A DNA stretch of 43,528 nucleotides, taken from contig JALJEE010002645.1 of assembly GCA_023231475.1 (NCBI GenBank), positions 1-43,528 of the forward strand, in the 5' to 3' direction. Below, piece after piece: positions 1 through 12,745 of this stretch (positions are counted from its first letter, which is position 1; each line of letters starts with the position of its first letter). Below the pieces are notes generated by a model. It was not told the DNA's origin. It searched no databases and saw only the letters and a list, made by a program, of their open reading frames with translations. The position numbers and the translations under genes were made by a program. Source of the DNA: Seison nebaliae (taxonomy: Eukaryota).

Positions 1-349
1 TCAATTCCATAGCTAAATAATTTCCAGCAAACGTTTCTGGTAGTTTCGTCTTAATATCTGGTCGACTGATCACTTGATCGACAACATCGATAATTTCATT
101 CCAATTATCATTTTTATGATGATAATGAACATCAAGCAGAAAATATGGTGCTGATTGAATTAAGACACCTAAAACCACTAACAAACATGAACCCACATAA
201 TTAGTGGAACTCTTTTGTATGGGACAACGATTATCAACAATTATCTGTGATTCAGGATAGAAACAGGTCCATACTTTCCGACTTAATTTATAATAAGGAA
301 ATAATACAGAATCTACTTCATATTCCCTTGGACCAAATAACCAATCCAT
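1..349 (-). CDS. Partial ORF/exon of unknown function running off the left edge (MDWLFGPREYEVDSVLFPYYK...FAGNYLAMEL)
   Basis: Stop-free frame of 116 codons from ATG at 349 to the window edge in very AT-rich DNA. No family recognised. Confidence 0.45.
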   Translation of the reverse strand, partial: MDWLFGPREYEVDSVLFPYYKLSRKVWTCFYPESQIIVDNRCPIQKSSTNYVGSCLLVVLGVLIQSAPYFLLDVHYHHKNDNWNEIIDVVDQVISRPDIKTKLPETFAGNYLAMEL

Positions 350-755
350 TAAAAGAGAAAAAAAATAAAACTTAAAACTTCAATTTTCACCAACCATTTT
401 GACAAATGTGAAGTATTAAACGTACTCTAACAAACTGAAATTCCATTACACTAAAAAACCACATATCATCCATATTCCCCATCAAAAATTGGAAATGATT
501 ATCTCGCAACCAAATGAAGATGCTCGTAATTTATATTTATGTCATCCGTATAAAATTCTTACATAAGATAATACAATTTAAATGAATTTATTTTTTGCAA
601 AAATTATCTATTTATCTCTAATTAACCAAAATAACGATGATGTGAATGTTAGAATGTGAAAGAAAGGAATAAAAATAAGAACAATGTTTGTTATTCGACT
701 GAAAATTTCGACGGAATTTGAATGGGAAAAAACAACTTTTTGATAAATTATATAA

Positions 756-2150
756 TCAGTCTAAATAGTTCTTTAAATTTGAATGAAGTTTGCGGTTGAT
801 CTCAAAAATGTCTAATGCCAAGACGGAGCTAGTATATAACTCGAGACCAGTAAAATCTGAACGAGTAGTATTGGACGGTTCTCTGAACAATATCCAAAAC
901 ATTTTAGGAATTCCATTTCGGATATGCACTTTCTCTTTTTCCATATTATTCTTTAATTGCTTCCCAAAAGTTTTCGAGTCCACATTCATTGGAGGTAGTA
1001 TGTAGGCACTACTATACGAATAAACTTTAAGATGTTCAATCATTACTCTCATGACTGCGTAAAGTAATTCAGCGAATGATTCATTATAATTCTCTGCCAT
1101 AACAATAATTTCTCTGTCTTTCTTTGGCGTAATATAAGTGAGAGCGAATGTGTCTTTATGTTGATAAACAAGACCAAGAGATTGATGAATGAGTAACAGA
1201 TCTCTCCAATAAATATTGGCAGGAATCAATTGACGTTTTGATAATAATGATTTAACTTCCTTATGATACAACCAAGCGGCTGATATTTGTTTCTCGATCG
1301 TTCCATAATAACTGTAATGAGTTACACTTGATTGAAGATGAGTATGGATTTGACTGGCACCAGAACGAGGCATCGCATCCCAAATGGCTTGAGGATAAAC
1401 GAAGTCTTTATTATCTTCATATACTAAATTGAACCAGGTTTGAGTTAATGCCAACATATCTTCCAAATCTTTCAATTTCAATGATAACGGATCATGATGA
1501 CGTGATACTATCAATGCATGATACTTATCGTATTTAAATGAATTAGAAGCTGTATAACTCCGAGTAGTTTTAATACGACGATAATTCTTCAAATTGTCTT
1601 CGGCTGTATTGGTGAGATAATGATCGTCGCAGAAATCACATGATTTCGCACTTTCTTTCAATCTCTCTTGAACAAATTCATAATCGTTCTGTCCTTTAAA
1701 TGAATTGGGACGTAATCCTCTCAACTCATTATAAATGATTTCTTCGTTCGTAAAATAATTGCGTAGTTTCACAATCTTCTGCACTTTCAAACGTTGAATG
1801 AAAGACTCGTCGTGGAACCAACTCAAAATTTTCTTTTCAAAATTATTCGGATAAAATATTTCAGCTGATAACATTTCTTTTAGGTACATTCGATCAAACA
1901 CATTTTTGATTGTCTTACATTTCTCCTCTTTCTTAAGTTTCTCATAGAAATTTAGCAGTGTCAGAATATTCCCGTCCAATCGACAAGAATTCTCTTCGAA
2001 TTCACTTTTTAAATTGAAATTTCCATCCACCATATTGAATTGTTGTACTTTCGGGTAATGGTAAACGATGTAAATAATGAGAGCGAATATGAAAAAAGAA
2101 AGAAAGAATTGAGTCTTTCTCTGTCGCATAATCGTCAATGGTGATTGCAT
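756..2150 (-). CDS. Intronless type II membrane protein with a GalT/Apa-branch HIT (nucleotidyltransferase/phosphorylase) fold
   Basis: 464-aa ORF. Basic N-terminus followed by a hydrophobic anchor (FFLSFFIFALIIYIVY). GalT-like motifs in GalT order: RNYFTNEEIIYNELRGLRP (cf. R.NPLTG.W......RAKRP), CDFC, and GASQIHTHLQ (HxHxQ). Confidence 0.75.
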   Translation of the reverse strand: MQSPLTIMRQRKTQFFLSFFIFALIIYIVYHYPKVQQFNMVDGNFNLKSEFEENSCRLDGNILTLLNFYEKLKKEEKCKTIKNVFDRMYLKEMLSAEIFYPNNFEKKILSWFHDESFIQRLKVQKIVKLRNYFTNEEIIYNELRGLRPNSFKGQNDYEFVQERLKESAKSCDFCDDHYLTNTAEDNLKNYRRIKTTRSYTASNSFKYDKYHALIVSRHHDPLSLKLKDLEDMLALTQTWFNLVYEDNKDFVYPQAIWDAMPRSGASQIHTHLQSSVTHYSYYGTIEKQISAAWLYHKEVKSLLSKRQLIPANIYWRDLLLIHQSLGLVYQHKDTFALTYITPKKDREIIVMAENYNESFAELLYAVMRVMIEHLKVYSYSSAYILPPMNVDSKTFGKQLKNNMEKEKVHIRNGIPKMFWILFREPSNTTRSDFTGLELYTSSVLALDIFEINRKLHSNLKNYLD

Positions 2151-3987
2151 GAGAATTCAACGTTCTTTGAAAGGACCAATAAATTTACAGTGAAGTGAAA
2201 ATTAGATAAAATTACAATATAGGTTTTCTTTAAAATATTGTTGTTGAAATGTTTATATCATTCTTTCCTGTTATGCTATTCTCCAATTCCATAAAACAAT
2301 TGAAATTCGTTAATAAAATCGTCTATAAAATCGACAAATTTTACACTATAATCCTTTCCCAATAGACTGACACAGTTGAGAGGAGATTGAACGTGTTCTT
2401 TTCTTCACGTATGTTTTTTTGTTTTGTTTTTTTTGCAAAATGCTTTTTCTTTTCCCCTAGAACATATATAACTGATATAATCATAATATTATACGGATGA
2501 AATTTTTTAGGAATAAATTAAATAGAGATGAATGATACTCAAATGAATTATAAGCATTTCTCATTTTAATTTTCCATTATCTCATTTTCAATGAATCAAT
2601 TAAAAATAAATTTAAATGAAAATATAAGAATGTAAATGTTATGACATAAGTTGTCCTCATCTTATCTTATTCATTCAATTCATTCATAGAGAGAGAAGAG
2701 GAAAAACCTTAAGAATTCTCATTTCATCTCATTGGACAGATATAAAATTTATGTAGGAAAATTTTTTCGGTTAATTGATAGAAATCTTTCGATGTGTCAT
2801 TATATCATCGATTCACAATTGGTTTTCTTTCAATTCGATATAGCATGAATTTGTCATTTACGAAATGATCTCGTTGAGAATGAAGAAAATGTGGGAGAGA
2901 AATTATTTGGAGAATTTCCATCAGATATCGGTGGTGATGAGAGAGAGTGTCGAGAAAATTGTTGGCTTACAACATTAATAATGAATGAGAATATCTGATG
3001 ATTCTTTGCAGAATAAGTGCAAATATTAACGATATATCTCCTTCTCATGTAATGCAGCTATCTGGGAAGGTGAGAGATGGTAAAGAGTCCGGGAAATGTT
3101 TCCTTAGAAAATAATAAAAATTTGTCGTGTTTCTTACTATTTCTTTTTCTTGCTGTTCTATTCGATCTTTCCACTTACTCAATTCTACACTTTCTTTTCA
3201 TCATCCTACTCCAAACTTTCTTCTCATTTCATACGAATTCTTTTTCGAGCCACAATTAATTCTATCCCATTTGTTTTTTTGTTTGTATAAAGATACTGAC
3301 TTGTCAGTATGTCGATTGATGTATTGATTAAGAGATGAGAAACTTTAGAAAAAATAAATGAGATATGCTGATAAAGTATGTACGGATGGAAGTAGTAACT
3401 GCACAAGAATGTTCTCCTTTCATCTTTTTGATGGGGAAATGGATGCAAAATGATTGCATCATTCCCTTAATGTTATCGACTTATTTCTTCCAATGTTTTA
3501 TGTGAATTTATATGAAATTATTTCATCGAACCTCTAATAGAGACCACACACAGACTTGATATTGTAGAATATTGTGCAGGAGAAAAGATGTATGTATTAG
3601 AACTAGAATTCTTATATTAAATTAGTTGATCATTCTTCGCAAGCGATGAATCATTTTTTTTTAAAACAGAATGAACATGTCACAGATGAAATGTTTTCCA
3701 CATTTCCTCCAATTTGTTTATTTGAGTTTTATCTCTTCTCTCTTTTCACAAGTTAACATTGAAACGTTAAATTTCTCAATGTCAAGTGTTTTATTTGAAA
3801 ATTTCCCTTTTTTTTCAAATTTCACGATCTCATTATCTGTCTGATGAATTTTTATTGATTTAGATTATTAGTTAATCCACTCATTGACATACATGAGTGA
3901 TAGTAGAAACATTCAAAAAAATTTCATTTTGTACAGAATAAATGCTTCTCCTCAAAACATCTTCATCCATCATCTCGTCAAGGAATT

Positions 3988-6900
3988 ATGAGTAGCCTAA
4001 TTAAAAATCAAATCGTCAAAGTTTTATCAAGGTTCCTTAAATTTCCTTTCTCTGCCATTTTAAACAATGAAAATCTTTTTTATGTTATTTGAAGATTTAC
4101 AAAAAATCTCTCAAATGATAATATCAATTTGTCGACAATTAAAGGCGAGGGTGTCCTCAACAATCTGGAATTGAATGAAGAAGTTCTTATGCACCTCATC
4201 GAATTACCGTTATGGTTGAGGATATCGAAAGCCGTTTGCAATAAAATTAATATAAAAGTTTCATCTTTTCAATAAAATTTCAATTGATTTCCAATCCCAT
4301 TAAAAGATCCAATGGTCTAAAGTTCATATTGTTCCAATTCAAATAGTTTTCTTTTTCTTTTACTTCTTTCTTCATTCCTTCCGGATTATTTAAGGGATTA
4401 GACGAAGTCACAATATTAATGGAGACATGTGACGATGAATTAAGGAAAGCTGATATCGATAAAACTTTAGAAGAATTGAAAAAGAATGCCCAAGAACCTC
4501 AGTTCATATAATCTTTATAATTATCATAATTTTATGCTTTCCATCAGTGCATATGCAATGGCTGACAGAATCGTAGATGGTATTCGTGTTTCCATCAATT
4601 CGGTTATCGTCAAATTGACAGCACTTTCATTCAGAGCATCCGTTGAAGTTTAAACAAAAAAATTTTAAGTTTAATTAATAAAAATATAAATTTTAAAGTT
4701 TAATCGAATTAATGTGGTGAGCACATTGCCAAATTGGACGACGACGGATGATATCAGAAAATCTCGATTGAAGAACTCACAATTGGAACAAGTTCTTCTC
4801 TTTAAGGTTGCCAATTACCAATATTTATTTTCAATTCAATTAAATTTCATTAATTTTAGGAGATCACATGGCAGACATGTCGAGTTGAAGCGAAATTGAC
4901 GAATAATGATATGAAGGAAGCGTCGTCATTTGGTGGGACGGCCCCGTTGAAACTGATAATGAACAGTTGTCGCATTCGAATAACGATGAAGAAAAGTTTA
5001 ACAAACTGTTCACTTTTGGGTAGTCGAGTAGCATTTCTATTCGATGATCTACTTTGGGTGATCACTGATTCTCAATTGAATTCTGTCGTCCTCGCATATG
5101 ACTCTCTCTTCTCATTGATAAAGAAAGCTGCGCCAGTAAAACAGAAAGCTGCCAAACAAAAACTCACACAAACATTACCACAATCGTCGAAGAAGAATCA
5201 ATCATCAAATCTTGATATTAATAATGTGATTTGTGACTTCGCCCGAAATCGATCATTTTTATCCTGGAGAAATAATTCCACGTTAAATTCAGCAGCAAAT
5301 TCTTCATCTTCATTGAAGAATGGAACGAATATCTCTCCAACAACTGGAGGAAAGAAGAATATGTCAACACAACAGGAAATGTTAATCTTATTCGAGAAAT
5401 ATAATGTTAAAGAAATCTCTGTTCATTTACTATTTAACACGATCGAACTTCATATTTGTGCAGATCAACGAGCATCAAGTTCATTTTTCATTCACATGAA
5501 AATCACTCTCAATTTAATAGATAATAATTTAATTGAAGGTGGTTCCATTCAAATCGTCATTAAAGAATTATGTGTAGATTATTATCCATATCATATTACC
5601 GGTTTTTATTCCAATTATATTATTCTCTAAGAAAATATTTATTTAAAATTTCTTCCAAAATTTCTTCCAAAATTTCTATTTTATTTAGGTCAATCTAAAT
5701 TACATTGGAATGATTATTGCGATTTATTCGATATGAGAGACGACTGGACAACGAAACTATTCAAAGATTTCCAACAACAAGTCCAATCGTCAATTCTTCA
5801 TTGTGAATCATTAGGTTTAACTTCTTAATGAAAATGAGAAGATCAACTGGTTTTCAGGAATGAAAATCGATCCGATTTTGAAATTATATTTCAATTACGA
5901 TCAAATACATCGAGATATTATCAAAGATCCAATGAGAAAAGAAGAGTCTGATAAGAATAATACAAATTTTTTCACTTATCTCGATATTCCTTCATTGGAA
6001 AGAACGTTGAGATCCATTCAATTGATGGAATCGTCAGTCGTCTGTCGAATGGATAATGTGATTGTTTATGAAGTGTCCACTGCTCAACGAAATATTGAAA
6101 GTCAACCAAAATGTTTATTTGAAGTGAATAGTGGTAAATATAATTTACCGAAAGCTTTCAACCAAATGTATATTCATTATACTGACTACTATTTCCCAGA
6201 AGGTGTCAATAATATTTCCAGTTTTATTATCTTTTTCGTCTCCTCTTCATCAATTCTATTCAATTCCATTAGCACCATCATCTGATATTTACGTCCATAT
6301 TAATCCGGTGAAAATAACATTCGATTATCTCTCCATTATTTGGTTGAATGCTTTCATTCATTCCACTATTCATCTTCTGGTTAGATTGATTCATTTATTC
6401 TAACTCTTTTACTCCCAATACGAATCTCATCAATATGTTCTGATGAATTTCCTCAATTTTCATTGTCATACTTTTTTTATTGCTTTTATTATGTTTGTTG
6501 CAAAGAAAAAATTTTCATGATAAAGATATTGAATAGGATCATATGTCGGAAAAGATCATGGATCTGTATGAAGATGAACTGAAAAACGATTTATCGCATG
6601 TAAGAATCATTTCTTCCTCATTTAATCTCTTTGATTTTGATAACCAAATTAATTTTATTAAAATTAACAAAATTTTTTTTCCTGCTAAAAATTTTTATTT
6701 TTTTAAATAATTTTCATATTATTTCTCAATTGTCAGGATAATTTATCGGTTGGAGAGGAACATTTGAAGAAATTGCCAAAAAAATATTTGGATCATGTTC
6801 ATATGAGATTGGAAGCAATTATGCCAAAAGTTTTCCTTTTTTATTCCATTCGTCTAATCGAAAAATTAGTTAATATTTTATGTGATCGATGGGAATTCGA

Positions 6901-9900
6901 ATGAGAAGGAATCGTCTAAGAAATCATCTTTCATTAAATATGCAGGAAGCGATATCGTTTCACCACCGATCGAAGGTGATCGTCCGACTGCTATGGAAAT
7001 CTCGATGTCTCGTTTAGTCTTGACAAATAATCTGAATGATTCAATGACATCCTGTGATCGTATATCTTTATTAAAAGCGATTCAATCAGTAACTAATTCT
7101 CAGACGATAATACCAAGTTCGCAGAATGAATGTGGATTGAAGAAGATGTCACCACATGTGTCGAGAGTAATTGCTCAATTATTCAAGAGAATCAATCGAT
7201 CTGATGTTGGTCTCTATCTGGCAAATGATTGTTTGATTGATGATTATTGGATGATATTTGATGAGATGTCAATCGATCAATTTAATTTATCTACAAATTA
7301 TCCGACTGATCTCGAACATTTCCAACAAATGGGATTCTCAGAAATTGATCGTGGAAAGGAATCGGTTCCCTTAATACTCTCACCATTCCTATTACAATTG
7401 AATTATGGTGAATTGAAATATATTCATGAAAATCCGTTGACGGAAGCGAGTTCGTTTCTGACAGGAATTCGTCATAATCTCCATATTCAAATGGATAAAC
7501 GTCAGGAGAATGCGAAAAATCAAACATTTCCATGGTTATTGCCTTCGTGTGAGAAGAAGGAATTGAGTGGAACAGTATGTGAATTTCCATCACTTTATTC
7601 TGTTCAATCATTTAACGATAATCAAGAATTAATTGCTAATAACATTGTCGCTTCTCCCGTCACTATTGCTAGTTATACATTCCCCTCATCATCCAACAAA
7701 CAGAAAGCCAATCTCTTCTCCGTCAAATTACATTATACAATCGGAACTAAATATCAAAAAAATGAACAAAAAAATTTCTATTATTCTTTCCATCCTCATC
7801 TTTTTCGGACGGATGGAAATAAAGATCTATGGTCCATTCATGCCGAACAATTCTGGATCGATTTCACTGGAGTTAAATTCATTCTACAACTTTTATGCTG
7901 AATTTCATTATTCGATTTTAGATTCAATCATCAATGTCAACAGTATTTGAGAGTTCATATCATTCGAAAAAGACGACTGTTCCATTCATGGAACCGGTCA
8001 ATTGTACTCTTTGGTCATTGACAATGACGAAAAGTATAAAAAATGAAAATCAAAAAATTATTTCAACATCTCCTCATACTAATGTAATGTTGATTCACGT
8101 TCATCCATAATTTTTCTCATAATTTCCATATTATTTCTATTTTTCATAAATAGTTTGATGAGAAAGAACAAGTATTGCAACCAAATAATTTGAATGATAA
8201 TGAAACGGATAAACATCAGTATGTTCCGTTGAAGAAGCCAATCCAATTAATTATTAATCATTTTGAGATGTTGTTCTTCAATCGACTAATGGAACATTTC
8301 GATCTATTGAAAAGTCAATTGGTAATCGACACGAATCATATTAATGAACATTATCAATCTACTAGGATAAATTTGAAAAATAAAAATAATGATAGTTTAG
8401 AATTTTATTTTAAATTGATAATTTCTTAAATTTTTTTCAGCTCAGAAATCCACAACTTCAAATTCTATGGTTATCACACAAATTCCTGATATTGATCTAA
8501 CGATATTATTCGGTCAATCGAATCCGAATGAACAAGTGGACATAAATGATCATGGCGATTGTCTCTCGAATAATTCGACAATGAAAAATCTAGTTAAAGT
8601 TGATGATACGACAACACTTTCAGTTGTCCCAATAAGAGGTTCACAATTTGATTTCGTTTAATTTCGTTTACGAACATTTCATAAAAAGAATGTAAAGAAC
8701 AATTGAATATTGTTACACGTGCGACATCCGAAGATAATTCGACAGCTATCCAAGCAGAAGAAAATGAGGAGGAAGATTTCGATGATATATTCGAACATAT
8801 CTCTCCCACACAACCAACAAACGAAGCGACTGCTGCTTGGGTACAAACAACAACGAATTATACAAAGAGAAGTGAAGTAGAGACGAAACAATTGACGGAC
8901 TTCGAATCAGATCCTCCTGATTTGTTGATTGACGATTCATGCAGTATGATCAGTGACTTTCCGATGATCATCGATATTGATGATAATGTATCGTTGTTAG
9001 GCCGAAGGAAAACAATGGAAAATCAGAATCTCATGTCGAACAATAGTTCCAATGCAAGGAATTTGAAAGACAGTGCCAAATTGGAAGTTCCAATTAGTAA
9101 TTGTGGAAAGGTGAAATCGGATTTTGAAAAAGTTTTATTTTCTTCTTTTTTCTATAATGATACTTAATACAATACTTTTATTTAACCATTTTTCATTAAT
9201 TTTTCTACAAAACAAAAGTTTCAATCAGTAACATTTCATGTTCGTTTATTGAAATGTCTAATCGTTGGAAATGAATATTTGAGTCGAATTAACATCCGAA
9301 TTGGCGATGTCTCCTCCGAAGAAGTTATCGACCGGAATTTATTCACCGATCTGAAAACACTAAATAAAAGTTTTTTTTCTATTTTTTTCATAAACTCAAA
9401 TACATTTTTTGGAAAAGATTTACGAACAAAAATTCGTTTGTTCGATAAGGAAGTTAATTTAGATGACGCGGGAATTATTATCGATATGTTCTCGCCGATC
9501 GACAAAGAATTATTGGAGAAGAAATTTCCTTATGCTCCAAATCCATTGATTGAGAGTGGAAGTATTATCGTCAATTTAGACCATTTGTCACTCCATTCTA
9601 TGAGAATGTCAACATTATTAGCTCTCTCCGATTTTGTGGAGGATGATAGAATTACCAAAGTTTCTCCAATGTTGTGTTCTCTCCAACAATTGCATATTAA
9701 GATGATTGTTTAATTTTCATTTATATATTTATATTTAATTAACTTTCTCTTCATTTTAGCCTGATACACAATCATCAAATACGATTAAATTGATGAAGAA
9801 AATGTGTCAATTTAAGAACCAGTTTATTCCGCTCATATATCCAGATCTCGTTTGTCATGTTCAATCGTTACAAGTGAAACGAAATGAAAATGGCGAATTA

Positions 9901-10233
9901 TTCATCACTCCATTGAGGAAGACGCCAAAATACATCCAGAATGTCGATGGATTTCTTACCGAATCTCTTAATTATCGATTAACACAAATGATGGAAATTA
10001 GTGGATTGAGAAGAAGTTCTCTCTTCAATCTCACTTCTAATATCAACAGAAATAATTCGAATCGTGCCAACTTATTAGAAATTGATAATGAAACAATCAA
10101 TGATTTATTCAATGATAAAACTGAAAAGATTAACAAAGAAATTATTAATTATCTTTTAAATCGATTGTTGAATGAAAGGGATGAAGCACGAAATGATTTG
10201 AAACAATTGAAGAATCTGATAAAGAAAAGATGA
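3988..10233 (+). CDS. BLTP3: Bridge-like lipid transfer protein 3 (UHRF1BP1/UHRF1BP1L family, chorein-N domain); 21 exons, ~1,660 aa
   Basis: Spliced N-terminus MSSLIKNQIVKVLSRFTKNLSNDNINLSTIKGEGVLNNLELNEEVL...VLLFKEITWQTCRVEA matches UHRF1BP1L (MAGIIKKQILKHLSRFTKNLSPDKINLSTLKGEG). Inferred introns: 4032-4094, 4258-4306, 4346-4394, 4502-4547, 4648-4698, 4807-4859, 5479-5520, 5602-5688, 5815-5857, 6221-6272, 6380-6536, 6600-6736, 6830-6869, 7872-7921, 8099-8153, 8395-8440, 8639-8688 (or 8697), 9132-9218, 9370-9417, 9708-9759. Exons sum to 4989 nt (in frame). Junctions in the 3' half are less certain. Confidence 0.9.
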
Positions 10234-10598
10234 TAATGAATATATCTCACTCTAAATAAACTTATCTACTGATAAAACAAACAAAAATTGAGAAAATAAT
10301 TTCTATAAAAAAAATTCTCAAAAAATTTATTTATTCCTCTTTTTGTGTCAATTTAATTTAACAGTAATCATAATTTTAATCTGAAATTAATAAAAATACG
10401 TTTATTGAAAAAAAACCTTTTCTTTCTCTATAAACTAAATTGAAATGGATATTGAATAAAAATTGAATTCCTTTTTTTATTTAATGATAATAATTTTTAT
10501 TTATGATAATTCGACTCGATCAATTGAAGAAATTTATTTTAACTGAATTTTATTGAATAAATTGAATTCAAATAAAACTGATAATAATTCATAAGATT

Positions 10599-11375
10599 TT
10601 AAGCGAAAGTGATAGCTTGTTGTTTCAACACATCAGCATACTGATCAAACAACGGTGGAACATATGTCGTTTCTGTCCACAAATCAGGAGTGAGATACGA
10701 ATATGTTTTTCCAATTGCCGCGTAAGTTGCTTTAGCGAAGTTTCCTAATGTGGCTGTGCAGCCACGAGTCGATGTATAAACATCTTCAATTCCTGCCATG
10801 GATAACAATTTTTTTGGAACTGGTGCCGATACGATTCCGGTACCACGAGGTGCTGGAATCAATCTCATCATTACTGAACCGCAATTACCGGTGACCTTAC
10901 AGGGAACTGTATGAGGATCTCCAATCTTATTTCCCCAATATCCTCGTCGGACGGGAATAATCGATAATTTCGCTAAAAGAATCGCTCCCTGAATTGCAGT
11001 GGCGACTTCTTTGGCACATTTAACTCCGAGTCCAACATGTCCTTTTCCATCACCAATGGCGACGAATGCCTTAAAACGAGTACGCTGACCGGCTCTCGTT
11101 TGTTTCTGGACGGGCATCACTTTGAGTACTTTGTCTGTCAATGTATCTCCCAAAAGTGTCTCGACAATTTTATCCTCTTTAATTGGAATCGAATAAAGAT
11201 ATATATCTTCAATCTTTCTAATCTTGTCTTCTTTCACCAAACGTCCCAATTTGGTAACGGGAACCCATTCTTTTTTCGTTTCACCACCTCGACGTCCACG
11301 TCGTCCTCGTCGACCATCACGTCCTCGACCACGACCGCGACCGAATCCTTCTCTTGCTCTACTTGGTTCAGACAT
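10599..11375 (-). CDS. RPS2: 40S ribosomal protein S2 (uS5), intronless CDS
   Basis: RG-rich N-terminus; [72 protein letters not shown]. Confidence 0.99.
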   Translation of the reverse strand: MSEPSRAREGFGRGRGRGRDGRRGRRGRRGGETKKEWVPVTKLGRLVKEDKIRKIEDIYLYSIPIKEDKIVETLLGDTLTDKVLKVMPVQKQTRAGQRTRFKAFVAIGDGKGHVGLGVKCAKEVATAIQGAILLAKLSIIPVRRGYWGNKIGDPHTVPCKVTGNCGSVMMRLIPAPRGTGIVSAPVPKKLLSMAGIEDVYTSTRGCTATLGNFAKATYAAIGKTYSYLTPDLWTETTYVPPLFDQYADVLKQQAITFA

Positions 11376-11439
11376 TTTATTAGAAAAGCCAATTCAAATG
11401 AATCTTTTTTATGTAACACGTGAAATTTTGTTGTTGAAA

Positions 11440-11453
11440 ATTTGAGAGAGAGC
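11440..11453 (-). promoter_or_regulatory. Candidate TCT initiator / 5' TOP pyrimidine tract of RPS2
   Basis: CTCTCTCTC on the minus strand ~70 nt upstream of the RPS2 ATG, as typical for ribosomal protein genes. Transcription start not verified. Confidence 0.4.
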
Positions 11454-12745
11454 ATTAAAATAGTTATTCATTTTTTAGTTATTAGAATTTTTGATACTTA
11501 AATTATAAGCTCAAATATAATATGTCAATATATAAATATTAAGCTTATCTGGTCTAGAGAGAGTGTTTTGTATATATCGTTTTTAGAACTAGATAAAAAA
11601 CTGAATATTAAACATTATAATTACGATTCTTAATATTATCCAAATAAAAAAAAATCATGATAATTAAAGTTCAATAAGAGATTTCACTTCTGATGAAAAA
11701 TGAATGGTTTAATAATTAATGATAGTTGAAGAATGTTGTTTAATCATTTATTTATTTTTAGTCAGTTTTATGTTCAGTTTAGGTGCGATGAATGATCATT
11801 TATAATATTATTATTGAAGAAATTTCTTCTATTGCATATTAATTTTGATTCACCATTCAGAAAGGAAATTTTTCTTGTAATCACCTTTCACTTTTTGAAG
11901 AGAAACAAAATTGATGAGTCTAGGGAATGGAATTGTTAAACGAACATATTATCAAAACTTGCTGTCTTATAATCAGTAGATAGTGGGGAAATGGTTATAT
12001 TTGTTAGTTAATTGCAAATATTTAACAAACTAGTAATAGGAGGCTTAATCAAAGCAATACGTTGGAAAGATGAACGTTCGTCGTAGAGGATAGATTCTCT
12101 TTTGTGCATCAGATTTATTTCCATTTAACCAAACAGATGGTTCACTCCATGATGGAAAGAAGATTGAAGAGGAGGAATAAATTTGTAGCTATATGCAGTT
12201 TTATCAGATTATTGTGTTGAAAGAATCTAATTCGATTTGAGATGACGGGTAATAATGATCCGTTAAATAGTAGGATTCTTTCTCTCTAATGGAATGAGAC
12301 TTCGCCAATTCTCTTGCAAGGTCGAATTGGAGTGTTGTGTTATTTAAGTTGTATATATAGAGCAAACGTTGTTAATACTCACTTCTTGAATAGTGGAAAA
12401 TGTGTAGGGAGAGTGCTCCATAAATTAAAAGGAAACTCCTAATGTTATTATTGTTGTTATTGTTGTTCTTCTAAGAATGATTGTTATTCTTATCTCTTTA
12501 TGCTGATTCATCTTGTCATGAATCAGAAGAATGATGGGAAAAATAATAAAAATAATTTTGGCTCTTTCCTTTTTCCTAAAGAATTTTAACTAATTCATTC
12601 CATATTTATCAATAGTATAATAAAAATAATTAACTATACAAGATCTTCCGTTCACTGTGTTCAAATCAATAAACATCTCGGTTCAGATAAAGTGAATTAG
12701 AGAGCACGTGAAAAAACTGTTTGTATATTAATCGAAGAAAAGGTA

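Noticed and set aside
2854..3448. Short ORFs between the GalT-like gene and BLTP3, and similar ones in 26560-34512
   Set aside because: No recognisable motifs, low-complexity AT-driven composition, and no consistent exon chain.
4646..4703. Direct repeats (AAGTTTAA; AGTT in several other introns) at intron ends suggesting introner/TSD origin
   Set aside because: The introns share no internal similarity or TIRs. An AGTT duplication would not splice back to the original sequence. Such matches are expected from GTT/AG signals in AT-rich DNA.
3988..10233. Alternative genetic code or stop readthrough as the cause of fragmented ORFs
   Set aside because: Removing GT..AG introns restores frames fully. 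TAA, TAG and TGA each end a conserved gene (RPS2, PDZ-LIM, BLTP3).
12503..12526. 9-bp hairpin CTGATTCAT-N6-ATGAATCAG upstream of PDZ-LIM
   Set aside because: Short, AT-rich and single; compatible with chance.
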